The translations under genes and the position numbers were made by a program. From contig JBCBMN010000001.1 of the NCBI GenBank assembly GCA_039822745.1, positions 300-64,299 of the forward strand: DNA of 64,000 nt. Reading direction: 5' to 3'. The notes beneath the pieces were generated by a model, which worked only from the letters and a program-made list of their open reading frames with translations, had not been told where the DNA came from and searched no databases. Source of the DNA: Pseudomonadota bacterium. GTDB taxonomy: Bacteria; Pseudomonadota; Alphaproteobacteria; Sphingomonadales; Sphingomonadaceae. Positions 56,366 to 64,000 of the stretch are shown here, piece by piece; within the stretch, counting starts at the first letter, position 1; every line of letters starts with the position of its first letter.

Positions 56366-56845
56366 ATGACAACCATTGCTGATTTCACCGTCACCACTAA
56401 TCGCGGTGAGGAACTGGACCTATCAACCAAGAAGGGCACGGTCCTGCTGGTCGTCAACACGGCCTCAAAATGCGGGTTTACGCCGCAATATGACGGGCTG
56501 GAAAAGCTCTATCAGGACTTCAAGGATAAGGGTTTCGAAGTGCTCGGCTTTCCCTGCAATCAGTTCGGCGCGCAGGAGCCGGGCAATGCCGACGAAATCG
56601 CTGAATTCTGCAAGGTCAATTTCGGCGTCACCTTTCCGCTGATGAAGAAGATCGACGTCAACGGCCCGGACGCCTCGCCGCTGTTCGACTGGATGAAGAA
56701 AGAGCAAAAGGGTCTGATGGGCTCAACCTCGATCAAGTGGAACTTCACCAAGTTTCTGATCGATCGCGAAGGCAATGTGGTGAAGCGCTATGGTTCAAAC
56801 GACACGCCCGCGCGCATTGCGAAGGATATTGAAAAGCTTTTGTGA
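56366..56845 (+). CDS. Glutathione peroxidase family (Cys-type)
   Basis: VNTASKCGFTPQY, FPCNQF and KWNFTKFL. Confidence 0.96.
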   Translation: MTTIADFTVTTNRGEELDLSTKKGTVLLVVNTASKCGFTPQYDGLEKLYQDFKDKGFEVLGFPCNQFGAQEPGNADEIAEFCKVNFGVTFPLMKKIDVNGPDASPLFDWMKKEQKGLMGSTSIKWNFTKFLIDREGNVVKRYGSNDTPARIAKDIEKLL

Positions 56846-56919
56846 GCCCATCGGTCCGCTGTGGAGAAGTCATCTTCGCAGAGCCTTCCCAATCGTCCCG
56901 ATTCTCCTAAATTGACGGG

Positions 56920-59900
56920 ATGTCTTTCGCTCCCTTTGTCCCTTTGCGCGTTCTGTCCTCCTACTCCATGCTGGAGGGGGCGATTGATCCCAAGGCGATT
57001 GCCAATCTCTCCAAGGACCGCGGCTTTCCCGCCATCTCAATCTGCGACCGCAATGGCCTCTATGGTGCGGTGATGTTTGCCAATGCCTGCAAGGGCGCGG
57101 GCGTTCAGCCAATTATCGGCACGCTGCTTGGCGTTGCGCGGGACGGTTCAGAGGGCAAGCAGGTCGATTACCTTCCTTTGTTCGCGCAGGATGAAGCTGG
57201 GTACGACAATCTTTGCCACCTCGTATCCAAAGCGCATCTGGAACGTCCATTGGAGTTTGAACCGCATGTCCAGATGGATGACCTTGAGGATCACACAGAT
57301 GGGCTGATTGCTCTGACGGGAGCGGGTGAGGGGGCTCTTACGCGCCTTTTGGCGGAGGGGCAGAATCCAGCTGCACAATCAGTGTGCGACCGCCTCGAAG
57401 CGTTGTTCCCTGGCCGGCTTTATGTCGAGCTTGCCCGTCATGGTGATGCGGTGTGCGAGCGGGCCGAAGAGCCACTGATCGAACTCGCCTATGCGCGCGA
57501 TCTTCCTGTGGTCGCCACCAATCCGGCCAATTTCGCCGAACCTCATATGCACAAGGCGCATGATGCCATGCTGTGCATTGCCGGTTCGACCTATGTCGAG
57601 AATGAGGACCGCGCGCGCACCAACCCTAAAGCTTTCGTCAAGCCGGCGAGCATGATGGAGGAGCTGTTCGAGGACCTGCCCGAGGCCATCGCTAACACGC
57701 TCGTCATTGCGCAGCGTTGTGCCTACGCGCCGCCCTATCGCGATCCGATCCTGCCCAGCCTTGCAGGCGATCTCGAAGGCGAGGCGAGGATGCTGGCTGA
57801 GCTTTCGCAAGCGGGCCTTGAAAAGCGCCTCGAACCCTATGGCGAGATGAGCGGGGAAGCGCGCCGCGAATATTTCGACCGGCTGCAATACGAGATCGAC
57901 ATCATCGTGAAGATGGGCTTTCCCGGCTACTTCCTGATCGTTGCTGACTTCATCCAATGGGCTAAGGATCAGGGCATTCCGGTGGGACCGGGGCGTGGTT
58001 CGGGTGCAGGCTCGATTGTGGCCTGGGCTCTGACGATTACCGATCTGGACCCGCTGCAATTGGGCCTGCTGTTCGAGCGCTTCCTCAACCCAGAGCGCGT
58101 CTCGATGCCCGACTTCGATATCGACTTCTGCGAAACGCGGCGCGGCGAGGTGATCCGTTATGTGCAGGAGAAATACGGCGCCGATCACGTCGCGCAGATC
58201 ATCACCTTTGGAAAGCTGAAGGCGCGCGCTGTTCTGCGCGATTGCGGGCGGATCTTGCAGATGAGCTATGGTCAGGTCGACCGGCTGACCAAGATGGTGC
58301 CGAACCATCCGACCGATCCGTGGGATCTGAAACGCGCGCTCAATGGAGCGGCGGAGTTCAAGCGCGAATACACCAATGACAATGAGGTGAAGCGCCTGAT
58401 TGATCTTGCGATGCAGCTTGAGGGTTTGCCGCGCAATTCCTCGACCCATGCCGCGGGTGTGGTGATTGGGGACAGGCCCTTGGCGCAATTGGTGCCGCTC
58501 TATCGCGATCCGCGCTCGGACATGCCGGTGACGCAATACGACATGAAGAATGTCGAAAGCAGCGGGCTGGTCAAATTCGACTTTCTCGGCCTGAAGACTC
58601 TGAGTGTGCTGCGTAAGGCGGTCGATCTCCTCGCGGAACGTGGGATCGAGATTGATCTCGGAGCGCTGCCGCTCGATGACACCGCAGTCTATGACCTTAT
58701 GCAGGCAGGTAACACGGTCGGCGTGTTTCAGCTGGAATCGGAGGGTATGCGCCGCACGCTGAAGGCCGTGAAGCCCACCAATTTCGGCGATATTATCGCG
58801 CTCGTCTCGCTCTATCGTCCCGGACCAATGGACAACATCCCGCTCTTCGGAAAGCGCAAGGCGGGCGAGGTTGCCATCGAATACCCGCATCCCAAGCTCG
58901 AAGGCATTCTCGCCGAGACGTATGGCATCTTCGTCTATCAGGAACAGGTGATGCAGGCCGCGCAAATCCTTGCGGGCTATTCGCTAGGAGATGCAGACCT
59001 TTTGCGCCGCGCCATGGGCAAGAAGAACCAGGCCGAGATGGACAAGCAGCGCGTGATCTTTGTCGAAGGGTGCGCAGAGGTTTCAGGGATCGACGCCAAG
59101 CAAGCCAATGAGCTGTTTGACTTGATCAACAAGTTCGCAGGCTATGGCTTCAACAAGAGCCACGCGGCTGCCTATGCTTTGCTCGCGTATCAGACCGGTT
59201 GGCTCAAGGCGCATTATCCGGAAGAATTCTACGCTGCCTCGATGTGTTTCGACCTGCACCAGTCGGAAAAGCTCAGCATCTTCGTCGATGATGCGCGGCG
59301 CTATCCGGTTGCCAAGGAAGAAGGGGGCGGGGTGGAGGTGCTCCCGCCTGATATCAATTCCAGCCAAGCCCGCTTCACCGTTGAGCAGACTGATCACGGA
59401 TATGGCGTGCGCTACGCGCTCGCTGGCATCCGCAATGTCGGCGAAAAGGCGATGGATCAGATTGTCGAAGAGCGTGAAACCAATGGCCGGTTTGAGAGCC
59501 TCAAGGACCTGTTCGAACGCATCCCTCAAGGGGCGATGAACCGGCGTCAATTGGAAGGACTGATCTGTGCCGGAGCGCTGGATGGACTGGAGCCGAACCG
59601 CGCGCTGCTCTTCGCCAACGCAGAGATGCTGCTGGCGGTAGCAGAAGCGGCGATCCGTGAGCGCGCCAGCGGTCAGGCGGCTCTGTTCGGAGGCGAGCAG
59701 GGCGGGGACGAACCCTTGCGCCTGGCCCCAACCGAGGCTTGGACGCGCATGGAGCAGATGTCGTCCGAGCGTGAGAACTTTGGGTTCTACTTCTCCGCTC
59801 ACCCGGTCCAGCAATATCGCGCAGCGGCCTCGGCACAGGGTGCGCGTTCCTATCAGAGCATCATGGAAGCGGGCGCTCCAGAAGGTGGTCGCGGCACAGC

Positions 59901-60420
59901 GGTGATCGCCGCCATGGTCGAGGGGATGAGCAAAGGCCGAACCAAGCGAGGCGCTGAGTTTGTGCGCGGAGATTTTTCGGATGCCTCGGGTCAGTTTTCG
60001 GCTGCATGCTTCGAGGAATCGCTCGTTCCCGATTTTGAACGTTGGGCAAAGTCAGGCGAGTGTTTGCTCTTGAATGTGGAGCTCGACAGCCCCAATCCCG
60101 GCGAACCTCCGAGGCTGACCGTGCGCGGTGCCAAGCCGCTCTCGCAAGTGTCCGGGCGGATGCCAATGCGTTTGCAGGCCGATGTCATGCACACAGCAGC
60201 GCTGAGCGAGATCAGGCTCGAACTGGTCGAAGGCTCCGAGGCACCGGGCGAAGTTGTCCTTAGGCTCGCCATGATCAACGGGCATGAAGCGACCGTGCGT
60301 CTTGGCACCAAGTTCCAACTCGACGGTGAACTGGCGGAGCGTATCGCGGATATTGACGGGATTGAGAATGTGCGTCTGGAGACGATCCGGGGAAGTGCGA
60401 GGCTAAAGCTCGTCGCCTAG
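56920..60420 (+). CDS. dnaE: DNA polymerase III alpha subunit
   Basis: PHP domain, GPGRGSGAGS, FERFLNPERVSMPDFDIDF and FAGYGFNKSH. Confidence 0.99.
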   Translation: MSFAPFVPLRVLSSYSMLEGAIDPKAIANLSKDRGFPAISICDRNGLYGAVMFANACKGAGVQPIIGTLLGVARDGSEGKQVDYLPLFAQDEAGYDNLCHLVSKAHLERPLEFEPHVQMDDLEDHTDGLIALTGAGEGALTRLLAEGQNPAAQSVCDRLEALFPGRLYVELARHGDAVCERAEEPLIELAYARDLPVVATNPANFAEPHMHKAHDAMLCIAGSTYVENEDRARTNPKAFVKPASMMEELFEDLPEAIANTLVIAQRCAYAPPYRDPILPSLAGDLEGEARMLAELSQAGLEKRLEPYGEMSGEARREYFDRLQYEIDIIVKMGFPGYFLIVADFIQWAKDQGIPVGPGRGSGAGSIVAWALTITDLDPLQLGLLFERFLNPERVSMPDFDIDFCETRRGEVIRYVQEKYGADHVAQIITFGKLKARAVLRDCGRILQMSYGQVDRLTKMVPNHPTDPWDLKRALNGAAEFKREYTNDNEVKRLIDLAMQLEGLPRNSSTHAAGVVIGDRPLAQLVPLYRDPRSDMPVTQYDMKNVESSGLVKFDFLGLKTLSVLRKAVDLLAERGIEIDLGALPLDDTAVYDLMQAGNTVGVFQLESEGMRRTLKAVKPTNFGDIIALVSLYRPGPMDNIPLFGKRKAGEVAIEYPHPKLEGILAETYGIFVYQEQVMQAAQILAGYSLGDADLLRRAMGKKNQAEMDKQRVIFVEGCAEVSGIDAKQANELFDLINKFAGYGFNKSHAAAYALLAYQTGWLKAHYPEEFYAASMCFDLHQSEKLSIFVDDARRYPVAKEEGGGVEVLPPDINSSQARFTVEQTDHGYGVRYALAGIRNVGEKAMDQIVEERETNGRFESLKDLFERIPQGAMNRRQLEGLICAGALDGLEPNRALLFANAEMLLAVAEAAIRERASGQAALFGGEQGGDEPLRLAPTEAWTRMEQMSSERENFGFYFSAHPVQQYRAAASAQGARSYQSIMEAGAPEGGRGTAVIAAMVEGMSKGRTKRGAEFVRGDFSDASGQFSAACFEESLVPDFERWAKSGECLLLNVELDSPNPGEPPRLTVRGAKPLSQVSGRMPMRLQADVMHTAALSEIRLELVEGSEAPGEVVLRLAMINGHEATVRLGTKFQLDGELAERIADIDGIENVRLETIRGSARLKLVA

Positions 60421-60537
60421 CGCAAAAAAGCTCTCTCCCTTGGCGCTGGGTCGCGTGCAAACCGTTGCAAAGCGAAACCATGCGCGCCATGAATGGCATT
60501 AACGCACAACGCATTCTTTTGGAGAGAGGAACCGCCC

Positions 60538-62136
60538 ATGCTGGGAGCCATGCAAGACTGGACCATGCGCGTCACCCACGTGATTGATCACGCGGCGCGC
60601 GAAACGCCAACCCGTGAGATTGTGACACGCTGGGCTGATGGCAGCGAAACACGCACAGACTGGGCTGGCATTCGCCGCGATGCGCTGAAGATGGCGCAGG
60701 CGTTGCAGGCCTTGGGCCTCAATAAAGAGGACAAGGTCGCCAGCCTTGCCATGAACCATTCGCGCCACCTCGTTAGCTGGTATGGTGTCGCAGGCATGGG
60801 TGGGGTGCTGCACACCGTTAACCCGCGCCTGTTTGACGATCAGCTGGAATACATCGTCAACCACGCAGAGGATAAGGTGCTGTGCTACGACGCAGCTTTC
60901 CAGCCCATTGTTGACCGCATGAAAGAACGTTGGAAGACGGTCGAACATTACATCTGCTATGACAGCGGCGAGCACACGACGAGCTTTGAAGACTGGATCG
61001 GCGTGCAGGACGGCGATTTCGAGTGGGTGACGGGCGAGGAAACCGATCCCTGCATGATCTGCTACACCTCGGGCACGACGGGCAATCCCAAGGGCGTGCA
61101 ATATGAGCATCGCTCAACTCTCCTCCACGCCGTTTCTGGCCTGCAGCCGTCAACTTTCAATTTCAGCGGTGCTTCGGTGATGCTGCCGGTCGTGCCGATG
61201 TTCCATGCGGCCAGCTGGGGGCTTCCCTATGCAGGCGCCATGGCGGGCGTGAAGTTCGTCTTTTCGGCGGTCAATGATCCGGCGGTGCTGCACGAATTGA
61301 TGCTGCGTGAGAAGGTGACCGACAGCGCTGGTGTGCCGACCGTGTGGCTGGCGCATTTCCAGTATTGTGACGCCAATGGCCTTGACCTGCCGCCTCTCAA
61401 AGCGGCTACGATTGGTGGCTCGGCCTGTCCGCGCTTCATGATCGAGCGGCTGTTGAAGAACGGCACGCGGGTTCAGCACGCATGGGGTATGACCGAAACC
61501 TCACCCATCGGCACGGTTGGCGGGCCGACCTGGGACTGGGATGAACTTTCGTTCGAAGAGCGCGTGGACAAGACCGCCATGCAAGGCCGGCCGATCTTTG
61601 GTGTGGAGCTGCGCACGGTCGATCTCGACGACATGGCCACCGAACTCCCGCGCGATGGCAAGACCTCCGGTGCGCTTCAGATCCGTGGACCCTGGGTGAT
61701 CAAGCGCTATTTCAAGGCCGAAGAGGACGCGACCACTGCGGATGGCTGGTTCGATACGGGCGATGTCGGCATCATCCATCCCGACGGCACGCTGCAACTG
61801 ACGGACCGGACCAAGGATGTGATCAAGTCAGGCGGCGAATGGATCAGCTCGGTTGAGCTGGAAAACGCCGCCGTGGGCCACCCCGCTGTCGCTGAAGCTG
61901 CATGTATCGGCATGCCGCACCCCAAATGGGACGAGCGCCCCGTGCTCTTCGTGGTCAAGAGTGAGGGCGCAGAGCTGACCAGTGGCGAGATTATCGAGCA
62001 TTTGAAGCCGCAAGTCGCCAAGTGGTGGTTACCCGATGCGGTGGAGTTCATCGACGATATTCCGCACACCGCGACGGGCAAGATTTCCAAGAAGGATTTG
62101 CGCGACCGGTTCCACAATTACAAACTGGAAGGGTAG
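60538..62136 (+). CDS. Fatty-acid--CoA ligase (AlkK/DmdB-like)
   Basis: YTSGTTGNPKG, WGMTE, DRTKDVIKSGGEWISS and PKWDERP. Confidence 0.92.
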   Translation: MLGAMQDWTMRVTHVIDHAARETPTREIVTRWADGSETRTDWAGIRRDALKMAQALQALGLNKEDKVASLAMNHSRHLVSWYGVAGMGGVLHTVNPRLFDDQLEYIVNHAEDKVLCYDAAFQPIVDRMKERWKTVEHYICYDSGEHTTSFEDWIGVQDGDFEWVTGEETDPCMICYTSGTTGNPKGVQYEHRSTLLHAVSGLQPSTFNFSGASVMLPVVPMFHAASWGLPYAGAMAGVKFVFSAVNDPAVLHELMLREKVTDSAGVPTVWLAHFQYCDANGLDLPPLKAATIGGSACPRFMIERLLKNGTRVQHAWGMTETSPIGTVGGPTWDWDELSFEERVDKTAMQGRPIFGVELRTVDLDDMATELPRDGKTSGALQIRGPWVIKRYFKAEEDATTADGWFDTGDVGIIHPDGTLQLTDRTKDVIKSGGEWISSVELENAAVGHPAVAEAACIGMPHPKWDERPVLFVVKSEGAELTSGEIIEHLKPQVAKWWLPDAVEFIDDIPHTATGKISKKDLRDRFHNYKLEG

Positions 62137-62143
62137 GCTTGCG

Positions 62144-62599
62144 ATGGCGGATACCTATGCGGAACCGGACCGGATCCACATTGATCCGTCGTCAAATAAC
62201 TGGAAGGCGTTCAAGGACCTTCCGCGTGATACGCCGATCAATATGCTGAACCTGCTGCTCTTTCGGGACCTCGCCGAGTATCCCGAAGGGCATCAGCACC
62301 ACGGCAATGGCTGGAGCGGCAAGCGCGCCTATCAGGAATATGGCACAACCAGTCACCCAGTCTTTTCGCGCGTGGGGGGCCATGTCGTGTGGCGCGGCGA
62401 ATTTGAGGCAATGGTGACCGGCCCCGAAGTGCGCGTCTGGCACGAAGCCTTCATCGCGCATTACCCCAGCGCTGGAGCGTTTCTGGAGATGGTCACCGAT
62501 GCGGATTACCAGATCGCAGTCCAGAACCGCACCGCCGCCCTGATCGACAGCCGCCTGATCCGCTTCGCGCCGGGCGAGCCGGGTGAGGGGTTTGGTTGA
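62144..62599 (+). CDS. DUF1330 domain protein
   Basis: PINMLNLL.FR, AYQEYG, YPS..AFLEM and RTAALIDSRL. Confidence 0.85.
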   Translation: MADTYAEPDRIHIDPSSNNWKAFKDLPRDTPINMLNLLLFRDLAEYPEGHQHHGNGWSGKRAYQEYGTTSHPVFSRVGGHVVWRGEFEAMVTGPEVRVWHEAFIAHYPSAGAFLEMVTDADYQIAVQNRTAALIDSRLIRFAPGEPGEGFG

Positions 62600-62624
62600 C
62601 AGCCCCATTTGAGGGCCACTCTGC

Positions 62625-63143
62625 TTAATCCGCGTAAAGCAGTTCCTGATACGCCTTCACACTCTCGCCAAAGAGCGCGATCCTCACGATCAGGTTATCA
62701 ATCGTGATGCCGCCATCGAAGATAATGTAGGATTTCACCACGTGCTCGCCTTCGCGGTTGACCACGACCGAGGCGAGGTTTTGTTCAAGGCCAAAGCGGG
62801 TGAGGGCGGCTTGCTGCTGTGCCTCAGAAACGTCGTCTGGCTTTGAGAAGTAGCCGAGCAGGATCAGGCCCTTGCACTCTTCCTCTTCGGCTCCCTGCGC
62901 TTCGATACAGGCCATGCGCCGGGCGATTGCCCTTATGCCGTTGGGGAAAGCGATACGCAGCGTATTTGCATCGTCATCGAGCGGCGCGGCTTTGGCTCCG
63001 GCATTGTAGAGGGCAATGCGCAACATCTCATCGTCAATCGACGTGAGAATGGGCGAGCTGGCGGGGCTTGTGGGTTGAGCGCTGGCGGGCGCGTTCATCG
63101 CGAATCCGGTTAGAGCGGCTAAAACGAGTGCGATATGTTTCAT
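62625..63143 (-). CDS. Secreted hypothetical protein, possibly YbjN-like
   Basis: Signal peptide, Cys pair and IFDGGIT..NL. Confidence 0.6.
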   Translation of the reverse strand: MKHIALVLAALTGFAMNAPASAQPTSPASSPILTSIDDEMLRIALYNAGAKAAPLDDDANTLRIAFPNGIRAIARRMACIEAQGAEEEECKGLILLGYFSKPDDVSEAQQQAALTRFGLEQNLASVVVNREGEHVVKSYIIFDGGITIDNLIVRIALFGESVKAYQELLYAD

Positions 63144-63203
63144 GATGTCCCCAAGGCGTGCCTTCCAGACAGCTATCGGTGCGCCTGCCGCGGCGCAAGG
63201 CCT

Positions 63204-64000
63204 TCAGAAAAGCCGCATCTGGCCACCCACTTCGGGCGGGGTGAAGTTTGAACAATCCAGCTCAAATTGTTGTCGGGCCTCCATTCGGTCGATCCCGGCC
63301 CGCTTGCAGGCGATGCGAAAGCGGCTGCGCAGCAGGTCTGCCCACACGCCGCGCGGCTGCATACGTGTGAAGAAGTCGGGATCGTTATCCCGGCCCTGTC
63401 CGTCCTTTGCGCGCATGGAGCGAACGATGCTCATCACCTTGCCAGCGCGCTCAGGGTAATGAACATTGAGCCATTCGCGAAACAAGGGCGCCACTTCGTG
63501 CGGCAGACGCAGCGGTATCCAGCCCACGCTTCGCACACCCAGATCGGCAACGCGCTCAATGATCTCCTCCATAAATTCATCGGTGATGGCAGGGATGATC
63601 GGCGAGATGGAGCAATGACAGGGCACGCCCAATTCAACGAGCTTTCCGAGCGCGGCAATCCGCTTGGCAGGGCTGGCGCAGCGCGGTTCGAGCTTGCCCG
63701 ACAGCACCGGATCAAGTGTGGTGACTGAAATGGCAACCGCCACCAGCTTTTCGCGCGCCATCTCCTCCAGCAGGTCAAAATCGCGCAGCACCCGGTCTGA
63801 CTTGGTAGTAATCGTAACCGGGTGTCTGGCTTCGAGGCACACTTCGAGCACTTGCCGCGTAATCCGGTAGTCCCGCTCAATCGGCTGATAAGGATCGGTG
63901 TTGGTCCCGAGTGCGATCGGGCGGGGCGTGTATTTCGGCTTGTTCAGCGTTGCGCGCAGCAGGTCTGCGGCATTGGGCTTGGCAAAAAGCTGTGTTTCAA
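63204..64000 (-). CDS. PA0069 family radical SAM protein (3' part; 5' end lies outside the window)
   Basis: Manual extension gives FAKPNAA...IALGTNTDPYQPIER; also ITTKS, LEPR and LRLPHEV. Confidence 0.92.
   Translation of the reverse strand, partial: ETQLFAKPNAADLLRATLNKPKYTPRPIALGTNTDPYQPIERDYRITRQVLEVCLEARHPVTITTKSDRVLRDFDLLEEMAREKLVAVAISVTTLDPVLSGKLEPRCASPAKRIAALGKLVELGVPCHCSISPIIPAITDEFMEEIIERVADLGVRSVGWIPLRLPHEVAPLFREWLNVHYPERAGKVMSIVRSMRAKDGQGRDNDPDFFTRMQPRGVWADLLRSRFRIACKRAGIDRMEARQQFELDCSNFTPPEVGGQMRLF

Noticed and set aside
56366-56845. Selenocysteine recoding in glutathione peroxidase
   Set aside because: The active-site codon is TGC (Cys) and there is no in-frame TGA.
56920-60420. 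Intein or split in dnaE; degenerate PHP motif
   Set aside because: The length is normal (1166 aa), no intein motifs are present, and loss of PHP metal ligands is common in proteobacterial DnaE.

Overview
This is a GC-rich chromosomal segment from an alphaproteobacterium. Gene content and order suggest Sphingomonadales, probably Erythrobacteraceae (inference). Most of it is core genome: lepA, bamD-recN-ligA, prmA, sdhCDA without sdhB, guaB, rppH, purF, lolC/E-lolD and dnaE. I found no tRNA, rRNA, integrase, IS element or CRISPR array. The most unusual elements are: (1) a lower-GC WYL + TerB-like fusion gene with no HTH, tightly coupled between recN and ligA; (2) a lower-GC DUF4238 gene, a candidate single-gene antiphage factor, overlapping the sdhA stop codon where sdhB usually lies; (3) tandem PAS-GGDEF-EAL-PilZ paralogues, one with an intact and one with a degenerate EAL, both lacking an I-site; (4) a pair of CsgG/FlgT-like secreted proteins behind a palindromic site after lepA; (5) a Pseudomonas-type class II phaC-phaZ pair; (6) a phytase-like/cyclophilin fusion divergent from a BlaI/M56 pair with readable operators, followed by creD with a cre-tag-like motif. 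All family calls come from motif recognition by eye. No searches were run, and several start codons were adjusted from the ORF track.
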